A stretch of 64,000 bases of DNA from an uncultured Gemmatimonadales bacterium (GTDB taxonomy: Bacteria > Gemmatimonadota > Gemmatimonadetes > Gemmatimonadales > GWC2-71-9). The notes under the pieces were generated by a model. The model was not told the origin of the DNA and searched no databases. It worked only from the letters and a program-made list of their open reading frames with translations. This document shows, one piece after another, positions 42,225-50,465 of the stretch. The stretch lies in contig CAVVKJ010000008.1 in the NCBI GenBank assembly GCA_963748815.1, positions 64,001 through 128,000 of the forward strand, in the 5' to 3' direction. Made by a program: the position numbers and the translations under genes. Numbering within the stretch: the first letter of the stretch is position 1; each line of letters starts with the position of its first letter.

Positions 42225-42761
42225 TCAATACGCCGGCGGCGCCGACAGCGTGAGTCCCACCGAGCGCAGTTCGTGGTCCAGCAGCCAGCCCTTCGTCTCG
42301 AGTCCGCCGCCGTAGCCGACCAGCCCGCCGTCCTTCCCCACGACGCGGTGACAGGGGAGCAGGATGGCCAGGTGATTCGAGCCGTTCAACTGGCCCACGG
42401 CCCGGGGATGGATGCCCGTGACCGTGGCGATCTCCTCGTACGAGCGCGTCTCGCCGAACGGAATGGCGGTCAGCGCCCGCCACACCGCCGCCTGCGCGTC
42501 GCTGACGGTCAGGTACTCGGTGAGGTAGGCGGGATACGGGAAGGGGCGGGGGCGTCCGGCGAAATAGGCGGTGAGCCACGAGGTGGCCTGCCGGCAGGGG
42601 CCGGTGTCGATGACCGCCCCGGGGGCGTGCTCCTGCAGTCGTTCGGCCAGCCGCAGGCGTCCGGTCCGTTCGGCAAACTCGACGATCAGCGGGCCTTCGC
42701 GCGCCTCGAGGATGGTCAGGACGCCGACGGGTGACTGGTAGGATGTCCACTCAATGCGCAT
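42225..42761 (-). CDS. ogt: Methylated-DNA--protein-cysteine methyltransferase
   Basis: IPFGETRSY, LPCHRVV, GYGGG. Confidence 0.92.
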   Translation of the reverse strand: MRIEWTSYQSPVGVLTILEAREGPLIVEFAERTGRLRLAERLQEHAPGAVIDTGPCRQATSWLTAYFAGRPRPFPYPAYLTEYLTVSDAQAAVWRALTAIPFGETRSYEEIATVTGIHPRAVGQLNGSNHLAILLPCHRVVGKDGGLVGYGGGLETKGWLLDHELRSVGLTLSAPPAY

Positions 42762-42874
42762 CGGGTTTCTCCCCCGCCCAATCTACCCGTGGCGGGGCGC
42801 GTTGGCCACGCGCCGGCGGTGGACGTTTTCCGCCACCGGTGTAACTTGAGCGACCCTTTGCACGGAGCAACCCG

Positions 42875-44845
42875 ATGCTGTTCGCCCTCGCCTTGATGCT
42901 GCAACAGGTGCCGACGCCGACGCCGGTCGCCACGGTCAGGATTCATCCTGCCGAGGCGGCCGTGACGGTCGGCGACACGCTCCGGCTCACCGCGCAGGCG
43001 TTCGACTCCGCCGGGCGCGAACTTTCGGAGGTGCGCGTCCGGTGGTTCCAGGCGGGGGGACAGTTCGAGGGGACGGTGGACAGCACCGGGCTTGCGACGG
43101 CGGGCGCCGTCGGCGCGTTGCGAGTGACGGCGCTCGTCTCCGCGCAGGGGGGCGGCCGGGCCAAGACGGCGTTCGCGGTCATCACCATCGTGCCGGGACC
43201 CGCGGCGGCCATCGCGCTGCAGCCGGCGCCGACCGGGCTCTACGTCGGGCAGAGTGTCGCCGTGCGCGCCGCCGTCACCTCCGCCGCCGGCGATGCGCGG
43301 CACGATCCCGTCACCTGGACCTCCGACCAGCCGGGCGTCGTGAGCGCGTCGAGCACCGGCATCCTGACTGCCGTGCGGCCGGGCCGCGCCACGGTCACGG
43401 CCCGCGCCGGACAGGCCGCCACCACCCTCCAGATCTCGGTGGCCGCCAACCCCGTCTCCAGCGTGGAGGTGAAGCCCGCCGTCGCGACGGTGCGCACCGG
43501 CGACGTTGTCCGGGTGACCTTCGAGGCCCGGGACCGCTCCGGCGCCGCGGTGGCGGGTGTCCTGCCGGAGTGGACGGTCCAGCCCGGCTCGGCGCTGATC
43601 GAGTCCGATGGCGGGTTCGTGGCGAACGCGCCGGGGGTGTACCGGGTCGTCGGGACCTTTGCGGGGCGCGCCGCCACGGCCACCGTGACCGTCGGGCCGC
43701 GCGACGTCGTGCGCCCCACCACGCTCGTCGGTCGCCTGCCGGTCAAGGGATTCGCGACGATGGAGTTCTGGCTCCATCCCGACGGCCGCCACGGCTACCT
43801 CTCCACCCTCGGTGACCGGGTGTACGCGATCGACCTGGCCGACCCGGCCGCCCCCGCCATCACCGATTCGGTGATGGTGGACGCCCGCGCCATCAACGAC
43901 ATCATGACCACCGAGGACGGCCGCTACGGCGTGCTGACCCGGGAGGGCGCCTCGAGCCGCAAGAACGGCATCGTCATCCTCTCGTTCGAGGACCCCGCCC
44001 ACCCGAAGGTGATCTCGGAGTTCACCGAGACCGTCACCGGCGGCGTGCACAGCACCTTCATCTACCGCGGCTACGTCTACCTGACCGACGACGCGACCGG
44101 CTCGATGCGTGTCATCGACATCCGCGACCCGATGACGCCGAAACAGGTGGCCCGCTGGGAGACGCCGGGGAGCGGCGCCGGACGGATGCTGCACGACATC
44201 GACGTCCAGGACGGCCTCGCCTACCTGAGCTACTGGAACGACGGCCTCATCATCCTCGATGTCGGCAACGGGATGCGCGGCGGCAGCCCGGACAACCCGC
44301 AGCTGGTGTCGCAATTCAAGTACGACCTGGAGTCGCTCTACCGCGACGTGGCCGCCGTCGGCGGCCCCGGCTTCATCCGCGGCACCCACACCGCCTGGCG
44401 GAGCGGCCGCTACGTCTTCGTCGGCGACGAGGTGTTCGCCGCCAAGCCGCAGGTGACCGCCGGCCCCAGCCTCCTGGGCCTCGGCCGCGCCTACGGTCGG
44501 CTGCATGTTCTCGACGTGTCCGACATTGCGCGCCCCCGCGAGGTGGCCTGGTACGAGCCGAAGGACGGCGGCACCCACAACGTCTGGGTGGCGGGCGACA
44601 CGCTCTACCTCGGCGACTACCAGGGCGGGTTGCGCGTGGTGGATGTCAGCGGAGAGCTGCGCGGTGACCTCCTGGCGCAGGACCGCGAAATCGCCCACGT
44701 CTACACCGGCGACGCCAAGGGGAACACCCCCAACGCCGCCATGGCGTGGGGGGCGATCTATCGCGACGGCAAGATCTATGTGCCCGACGTCTTCTCCGGA
44801 CTCTGGGTGGTCCAGGTGGAGCCGAAGAACGCGTTGACGCCCTAG
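42875..44845 (+). CDS. Secreted Ig-like (Big_2) + LVIVD-repeat protein
   Basis: VTWTSDQPGVVSAS.G Ig repeats; GLAYLSYWNDGLIILDV and LYLGDYQGGLRVVDVS LVIVD repeats. Confidence 0.85.
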   Translation: MLFALALMLQQVPTPTPVATVRIHPAEAAVTVGDTLRLTAQAFDSAGRELSEVRVRWFQAGGQFEGTVDSTGLATAGAVGALRVTALVSAQGGGRAKTAFAVITIVPGPAAAIALQPAPTGLYVGQSVAVRAAVTSAAGDARHDPVTWTSDQPGVVSASSTGILTAVRPGRATVTARAGQAATTLQISVAANPVSSVEVKPAVATVRTGDVVRVTFEARDRSGAAVAGVLPEWTVQPGSALIESDGGFVANAPGVYRVVGTFAGRAATATVTVGPRDVVRPTTLVGRLPVKGFATMEFWLHPDGRHGYLSTLGDRVYAIDLADPAAPAITDSVMVDARAINDIMTTEDGRYGVLTREGASSRKNGIVILSFEDPAHPKVISEFTETVTGGVHSTFIYRGYVYLTDDATGSMRVIDIRDPMTPKQVARWETPGSGAGRMLHDIDVQDGLAYLSYWNDGLIILDVGNGMRGGSPDNPQLVSQFKYDLESLYRDVAAVGGPGFIRGTHTAWRSGRYVFVGDEVFAAKPQVTAGPSLLGLGRAYGRLHVLDVSDIARPREVAWYEPKDGGTHNVWVAGDTLYLGDYQGGLRVVDVSGELRGDLLAQDREIAHVYTGDAKGNTPNAAMAWGAIYRDGKIYVPDVFSGLWVVQVEPKNALTP

Positions 44846-44897
44846 GGGCGGGCGTCCGGTGGCAGCGACGGGGACACCCCTCTATCTTTCCCTGTCT

Positions 44898-45509
44898 ATG
44901 ACTACAACTCAGAATCTCGTGGTACGAAACTTCAACGATCGCGCCGAGGGCCTCGCGCATTTCATGCTGCGGGCCGGAGCGGCGCCGCGATTCATTGCGA
45001 TCGACGACCAGGCCGGTTGCCCGATGGATACCGCCCTCGCCGCCCTCGAGTGGACCCGGGTGGTCGGCATCCTCCGGGATGACGACCTCCTGCACGCCGG
45101 CCGGCTGACCAGCGAAACGGCCGCCGCCGTCGTGGAGCGCAAGTCCGATCGGGGTCCGCAGTTCGTCTACCTCGGCCCGCGCCTCGACGCCCCCCCCATG
45201 GACGTCTTCGAAGGCGCGGTCCTGTACGACGAGCCGGGCGTCAAGGCGGTGGAGTTCAACCAGCGGGCGCACGCCCTCGCGCACTTCCTGCGGGCCACCT
45301 CCGGCGTCGGCGCACTGATGGCGCTCCTCGGCCGGCGCGCCCCCGAGCTGCGGCACCTGCGGCGGTGGCTCGGTCCCATCCTCCAGGAACTCGACGCGCC
45401 CCGCCCCCTCATGGCCGGATGGTTTGCCGCCTCGGCGGGCGGCTGCCTCTTCGCCCTTCCCGAGGGCGACGTCGTTTGCCGGTACATCGAAGTGGGCCTC
45501 GACCCGTGA
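44898..45509 (+). CDS. Hypothetical protein with internal duplication
   Basis: FNDRAEGLAHFMLRA and FNQRAHALAHFLRA; good codon bias. Confidence 0.75.
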   Translation: MTTTQNLVVRNFNDRAEGLAHFMLRAGAAPRFIAIDDQAGCPMDTALAALEWTRVVGILRDDDLLHAGRLTSETAAAVVERKSDRGPQFVYLGPRLDAPPMDVFEGAVLYDEPGVKAVEFNQRAHALAHFLRATSGVGALMALLGRRAPELRHLRRWLGPILQELDAPRPLMAGWFAASAGGCLFALPEGDVVCRYIEVGLDP

Positions 45510-46075
45510 GGCGCCTCCTGGTCCTCGCCCTCTGGGCCTGCGCGCTCGCCGCTCCCCTCGCGGCCCAGGTCGGCCGGGAACACTTCCCTGTGGCGGAGGA
45601 CACCGCGCTCGACGCCGCGCACGCCGTGCAGCAGTCGGCGTTCCTCGTGCTGCGCGACTCGACGGCGTCGATCAGCGCCGCCGGCGCCAAGCTGATGAGT
45701 GACCTGACGCCCACCAGCTCCGTGGTCTGGATGCGGGCGCGCGCCGGTGCGGTCGCCGCTGCCTGTGCCCGCTCCCAGGCCCCCCTCGCGCACGCGAGAA
45801 CGGTCACGGAGCAGGCGGCGTGGCCCAACAAGAACCAGAAGAAGGCCCAGTCCGACCTGCTCAAGGAGATGACGAGCTTCACGCGGGAGCTGACGAAGTG
45901 CCAGGAAGAGTGGACCGTCCTGGCCGCCGACACCAGCCAGACCACGTTGCGCGAAAAGAGCCCGCACGAGATGCAGAAGCTGAATGTCGAGTTGGACAAG
46001 TTCAACCGCTCCGCGCGGACGTACCTTCAGTACATCAGCATCAAACTCCCCCCGCCCGGCAAGGCAGCCCCCTGA
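45506..46075 (+). CDS. Secreted alpha-helical hypothetical protein
   Basis: GTGA overlap; signal peptide MRRLLVLALWACALAAPLAAQ. Confidence 0.72.
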   Translation: MRRLLVLALWACALAAPLAAQVGREHFPVAEDTALDAAHAVQQSAFLVLRDSTASISAAGAKLMSDLTPTSSVVWMRARAGAVAAACARSQAPLAHARTVTEQAAWPNKNQKKAQSDLLKEMTSFTRELTKCQEEWTVLAADTSQTTLREKSPHEMQKLNVELDKFNRSARTYLQYISIKLPPPGKAAP

Positions 46076-46111
46076 GATCGCCCCCATTCCCTCAACCAGG
46101 GGATGGGGATT

Positions 46112-46195
46112 TGTGGATACACATTTCCACATTGGGTGGACAAGCCTGTTACAGGGCTGTCCAGCATCGGTTTATGCGTCCACATTCACCCCACA
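46112..46195. promoter_or_regulatory. Cluster of degenerate DnaA-box-like 9-mers
   Basis: tgtggatac (46112), atttccaca (46123), ggtggacaa (46135), gcgtccaca (46176), caccccaca (46187) versus TTWTNCACA, in a lower-GC island. Confidence 0.5.
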
Positions 46196-46260
46196 TGAAA
46201 TCGCGTAACCCGAATAAATACAGGCACTTGCGAGATTTTCACCGCGCCCTAGCTTAGGGG

Positions 46261-46620
46261 AGCATCTGGACAGGCTGGACTGGCGCTCTCAGGGCGCCCG
46301 GATGGCCGATTCAGGTGAGTTCGGACCGGAGGAGCAGGGGAGGGGACCGATGCTGTAATGGCGCGGTTGCCGATGAGCCTGGACCAAGCCGGCCGAACGG
46401 GTGGAGCCAGTCGCGCGCTCTGCCCACCCCGATCTGGCGCCTCGGGGTGCCGTGCGAAGGGACGGTCCGCGACCCGACCCGACTCGCAGCGCTCGCAACG
46501 ACGACCTCGGCCGGCCACTGCGCTGGCCGGGGCCATGACCGAAGGGGCTCGGCCCCGACGGGTCATTGTGTGAAGCGGCCGCCCGGTGAAGAACCGGGCG
46601 GCCGCTTCTGCTTTGCTTTC
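46261..46620 (+). ncRNA. Candidate structured ncRNA or small-ORF transcript of unknown class
   Basis: Promoter-like TTGCGA-N16-TAGCTT (46228-46255); many hairpins; SD + ATG-CTG-TAA overlapping a 71-codon rare-codon ORF (46358..46573); terminator. Confidence 0.5.
46572..46620 (+). terminator. Intrinsic terminator (16-bp stem)
   Basis: gaagcggccgcccggt-gaaga-accgggcggccgcttc followed by tgctttgctttc; the U-rich side is on +. Confidence 0.8.
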
Positions 46621-46632
46621 ACGACCTCTCCC

Positions 46633-47610
46633 TCACCCGCCCCAGTCGCTCCGGCCGCGGTAAGCACGGCGGCGGTCGAGTTGCCAGAGGGTCCGGGCGC
46701 TCACCAGGCTCTCTCCCTCGAAATTTCCCTCGTCCGCCAGGGCATCGGCCATGCTCGCCGTCTTGGCGCTCGCGTTGTCGGCGTAGTGCAGCACCTCGGC
46801 CTCGAGCGTCATCGGCGCCACGGCGGCCCCGTACTCCAGCCGGCCGTGATGGGACAGCACGAGGTGCTGCAGGATGGCGAGTTCCTGATCGGTGCACGGC
46901 ATCGGGTGGGCCGCACGCACCGCGCGGTCGAGCATGAGCGCGCCGAGGACGACGTGGCCGTGCAGCGTGCCAGCCTCCGACATCGTGAACAGCCCCCCCT
47001 CCCAGCCGTAGGACTCGAGCTTGCCGATGTCGTGCAGCAGGACGCCGGCCAGGACGAGGTCCTGCTCGGCGCGGCAGACCCGCGCGATGGCCCGGGCGAT
47101 GGTGGCGACCTCGGCGGTGTGCTTGAGGAGTCCACCCAGCACGGCGTGGTGCCCGGCGAGGCTGGCGGGACAGGCCTCGTACCGCAGCCGAAAATCGTCG
47201 TCGGCATAGAAGAGATCGAGCGTGGCGGCCAACCGCGGCCGGACGATTTCGGCGCGCCACCCGTCGAGCGTCTTCCAGTAGGGCGCGGGGTCGCCGATGG
47301 AGGGCACCAGTTGGCCCAGATCGACCGCCCCCTTCGGCAGCGGGCGAAGCGACGTGACCTTCAGTTGCCGATGCCCGCGGTAGAGCGCGATTTCGCCGAT
47401 GACCTGCGCCACGTCGCCGGGCGCCAGCCCCGCGATCTTCGGCTGGTCCTCCTGCCAGAACGGGGCGCTCGGCAGCCGGCCACTCGCGTTGCCGAAGGTG
47501 AGGATGGTATGCGGGGTGTCGCCCCCCCGGCGCTCGACCTCCAGGATCAGCAGCGGATCCTGGATGCGCTGGCCGGTGGACAGGCCCGGCAGGTCGGTGG
47601 GGTGGCTCAT
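46633..47610 (-). CDS. YhaM/Cbf1-like 3'-5' exoribonuclease (OB fold + HD domain)
   Basis: OB-like N-terminus; PASLAGHHAVLGGLLKHT, LLHDIGK, LSHHGRLEYG, EAEVLHYAD. Confidence 0.88.
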   Translation of the reverse strand: MSHPTDLPGLSTGQRIQDPLLILEVERRGGDTPHTILTFGNASGRLPSAPFWQEDQPKIAGLAPGDVAQVIGEIALYRGHRQLKVTSLRPLPKGAVDLGQLVPSIGDPAPYWKTLDGWRAEIVRPRLAATLDLFYADDDFRLRYEACPASLAGHHAVLGGLLKHTAEVATIARAIARVCRAEQDLVLAGVLLHDIGKLESYGWEGGLFTMSEAGTLHGHVVLGALMLDRAVRAAHPMPCTDQELAILQHLVLSHHGRLEYGAAVAPMTLEAEVLHYADNASAKTASMADALADEGNFEGESLVSARTLWQLDRRRAYRGRSDWGG

Positions 47611-47712
47611 CAGGTCGGCTCGGTCCGGGAGAAGGGAACGGAGCAAAGGTAACAGCCTCCGCCAGATCGGAGCTCCTTGCCTCGGTTCGTGTCGCGGATA
47701 CCTTCTCCCCCC

Positions 47713-48114
47713 ATGGACGCCCTCCCCCTGCTCCTCCTGACGATGGACCCCGACGGCGCCCCACGCCTCGCCGCCGCCCTGGTGGCCGCCGGACATCAGG
47801 TCATCCCCGCCAGAACCGGCGAGGCGGCGGCGGCGGCGCTCGGCGTGCCCGGGCTCGGCGGCGTGGTCGTGGACCTCGCGCTGCCCGGACTCGATCTGGC
47901 CGCCCTCCGCCGTTCACTCACGCCGGCCAGCCCGGTTCCTCCCGACTCGCTCGCGGACGCCGAGCGGCGACACATTGCCCTGGCGCTGGGCCACACCAGG
48001 GGGAACAAGCGCCAGGCGGCGCTGCTGCTCGGCATTTCGCGCTCCACGCTGCTGCACAAGGTCCGGCGCTATGGCCTCGAGGCGGTCGCGGTTCGGGGAC
48101 GATCGGGCGGGTAG
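47713..48114 (+). CDS. Degenerate receiver + Fis-type HTH protein (no AAA+ domain)
   Basis: VVDLALPGLD; SLADAERRHI..AL..TRGNKRQAALLLGISRSTL. Confidence 0.8.
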   Translation: MDALPLLLLTMDPDGAPRLAAALVAAGHQVIPARTGEAAAAALGVPGLGGVVVDLALPGLDLAALRRSLTPASPVPPDSLADAERRHIALALGHTRGNKRQAALLLGISRSTLLHKVRRYGLEAVAVRGRSGG

Positions 48115-48234
48115 GGGGCTGGCCCGGAGTCGGGAGGACCTCCGGACCCGGCCTCCGCCGGTGCCGTCTTCCGGCGTCGACCGTGCTGAAGCTCTCCAGG
48201 CCCCCGCTCCACTCCGCTCACCGCTCCGCTTCGC

Positions 48235-48666
48235 TCATCGCTCGATCCGCACCCGCCCGAGACGGGAGATGACCACCCGTCGCATCGCCGATCCCTTGGT
48301 GAGGGTCCACGACGCGTTGGAAAACCCCGCGGTGACACCCGTGGGGGAAAAGGTCAGGGTGCGCGCCGGACCGCTCATGGCAACGGCGAAATGGCCTGGG
48401 CCGGGCATGCTCCACCGCCGCGCCGGCCCGCCCGGTTCGATCGCGTCCATGGTGAGGGAGTCCGCCGCGATATGCAGCACCGTGATCCGTGATTCAACGA
48501 CCGCGGCGACCCGCGCCCGCGCGTGCGCCCCGGCGATTTCCCCGGCGGCATGTTCGACCGCCAGGGTGTCGAGCGGTTCGGTGAGCCGGGGCGCGGCGAT
48601 GCCCAGCACCAGCGCCACGAGAGCGATGGCAACGAGGAGTTCGGGGAGGGTGGCGCCGCGGTTCAT
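48235..48666 (-). CDS. FimT/GspH-like minor pilin
   Basis: Prepilin motif RG-ATLPELLVAIALV; C-terminal RVVISRLGRVR. Confidence 0.82.
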   Translation of the reverse strand: MNRGATLPELLVAIALVALVLGIAAPRLTEPLDTLAVEHAAGEIAGAHARARVAAVVESRITVLHIAADSLTMDAIEPGGPARRWSMPGPGHFAVAMSGPARTLTFSPTGVTAGFSNASWTLTKGSAMRRVVISRLGRVRIER

Positions 48667-48806
48667 GGGACACGATAGGTTCCCCCCGGCGGCGTGCGTC
48701 ATCCTGGGGCGGCCAACGTCATCCTTCCCGCGCCGGCGGGCCTTGCTCCCGCCCTGCTCCGGGGGCATACTGCGAGTCCGCTCTCACCCCCCAAGGATCG
48801 GCCCGT

Positions 48807-49211
48807 ATGACACCACGCGTGCTCGTCGTGGACGATGAGCCTGCCATCCGCCATGCGGTGGGTCGGCTCTTCCGACGCGAGGGGTGGGAGGTCGTCACCG
48901 CGGCTACGGCGGGCGAGGCGCTCGCGGAGCTGGAAACGGCGGCGGCGCACGCGGTGCTTCTGGATTATCATCTACCCGGCATGTCGGGCGCGGCGCTCGG
49001 CGCCGAGATCGTGGCGCGCTGGCCCGCGCTCACCGGGCGGCTGGTCTTCGTGAGCGGGGATCCGCACCTGAGTGCCGACGCCTTCCCGGCGGCCTGCCGC
49101 GGGGCGCGGCTGATTCCAAAGCCGTTCGACCTCCTCGAGCTCGCGGCGGCGGTGCGGGAAATGCTCGCCGCGCCAGGCGCCCCTACAAATTCCTCCGGGA
49201 ACTCTGCATGA
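48807..49211 (+). CDS. Single-domain response regulator
   Basis: VLVVDDE, LLDYHLPGMSG, VSG, KPF. Confidence 0.9.
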   Translation: MTPRVLVVDDEPAIRHAVGRLFRREGWEVVTAATAGEALAELETAAAHAVLLDYHLPGMSGAALGAEIVARWPALTGRLVFVSGDPHLSADAFPAACRGARLIPKPFDLLELAAAVREMLAAPGAPTNSSGNSA

Positions 49212-49864
49212 CACTTCCTTCCGGGCTGGCCTCGCTGGCGGGCGCCGACCCGCTGGTGGCCCTCCGTGCCTATCGTGCGCTGGCTCCCTGGAGCCTGCGG
49301 GATCTCGCGTCGCTGGCCGGCGCCTTGCTGGAGGCGTCGAACATCGTCCCGGTCAATGCGGCGGCGCGCGCCCTGCCGGGGGAGCGGACGATCCGGTTCT
49401 ACGTGGCCCGCGGCCTGGTGAGCCCGCCGGAGGGGCGGGGCACGGCGGCCACCTACGGCTACCGCCACTTGCTGCAGGTGCTCGTGATCAAGTTGCGGCA
49501 GATGGAAGGCGCGACGCTCGATTCGCTCGGCAAGGAACTGGCGGAGCTGGCCGGCGACATGATGGAGCGGCGGGTCGCGAGCGCGCTCGGACCGGCGCTC
49601 CCGCCGCCGGAGCGGGTGCTCGCCGCGCCGGGAACGCACGAACCGCGGGGGCGCGTGGCGCGCGCCATGCAGTCGGCGTTGCCGGTACCCGGGCAGCCCC
49701 CGCGACCCACGACCTGCCGGCGGCTGCCGTGCGGGCCGGGGGTGGAGCTCCTCCTCGACGAGCGGCATCCCGCCCTCCAGGTACCGGGGGCCGAAGGGGC
49801 CCTGGCCCGGGACATCGCGCGGCTGCTCGAACAGGCGGGAACCGGCGCGCCGACCACGCCTTGA
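49208..49864 (+). CDS. MerR-like HTH transcriptional regulator
   Basis: ERTIRFYVARGLVSPP.GRGTAATYGYRHLLQ; ATGA overlap. Confidence 0.8.
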   Translation: MTLPSGLASLAGADPLVALRAYRALAPWSLRDLASLAGALLEASNIVPVNAAARALPGERTIRFYVARGLVSPPEGRGTAATYGYRHLLQVLVIKLRQMEGATLDSLGKELAELAGDMMERRVASALGPALPPPERVLAAPGTHEPRGRVARAMQSALPVPGQPPRPTTCRRLPCGPGVELLLDERHPALQVPGAEGALARDIARLLEQAGTGAPTTP

Positions 49865-49892
49865 GTCCGTTTCTTCCTCCCCGGAGTCTGGC

Positions 49893-50465
49893 ATGACGAC
49901 GATTCTCTTCTTCGTGGTACTCGCGGCGATCCTCCTGTGGGGAGTCGGCGCGTACAACGCCCTCATCAGCCTGAAGAACCAGGTGCAGAACGCCTGGACG
50001 CAGATCGACGTGCAGCTCAAGCGGCGGCACGACCTGATTCCCAACCTGGTGAACACGGTCAAGGGGGCGATGGACTACGAGCGCGGCACGATGGAGGCCG
50101 TCATCAACGCGCGGGCCAAGGCGATGGGCGCGCAGGGCGTGAAGGCCACCGCCGAGGCCGAGGGGCAGCTGACGCAGGCGCTCGGCAAGCTCTTCGCGCT
50201 GATGGAGAACTATCCCGACCTCAAGGCCACCGCCAACGTGCTCCAGCTCCAGGAGGAGTTGACCAGCACAGAAAACCGGATCGGGTTCTCGCGGCAGCAC
50301 TACAACGACGTCGCGACCGAGTACAACACGAAGCAGCAGCAGTTCCCCGTCAACCTCGTGGCGGGCATCGCGAAGGCGACCCCGGCGGATCTCTGGGTCA
50401 TTGCGGATGACAGGGAGCGCGCCGTGCCGACGGTCGACCTGTCCACCCGTCCTCCGGGCGCGTGA
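49893..50465 (+). CDS. lemA: LemA family protein
   Basis: NAWTQIDVQLKRRHDLIPNLV, ENYPDLKA, TENRI. Confidence 0.95.
   Translation: MTTILFFVVLAAILLWGVGAYNALISLKNQVQNAWTQIDVQLKRRHDLIPNLVNTVKGAMDYERGTMEAVINARAKAMGAQGVKATAEAEGQLTQALGKLFALMENYPDLKATANVLQLQEELTSTENRIGFSRQHYNDVATEYNTKQQQFPVNLVAGIAKATPADLWVIADDRERAVPTVDLSTRPPGA

Noticed and set aside
46076..46260. Chromosomal origin oriC
   Set aside because: Boxes are degenerate, there is no clear DUE, and no dnaA/dnaN/gidA nearby; kept only as a DnaA-box-like cluster.
46370..46398. Hammerhead-like core (ccgatga...cgaac)
   Set aside because: Deviates from CUGANGA/GAAA, stem II register does not fit, and I found no stems I/III.
46261..46620. tmRNA, RNase P, SRP or raiA identity for the candidate RNA
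   Set aside because: No tRNA-like ends, no GAGGAAAGUCC, no SRP GGAA/AGCAG loop; only a 9-nt GCCAGTCGC coincidence with raiA as I recall it. An Rfam search is still needed.
48203..48243. Short (C)CGCT(C) repeats downstream of the pilin-like gene
   Set aside because: Irregular low-complexity GC sequence with no consistent period and no second occurrence noticed.
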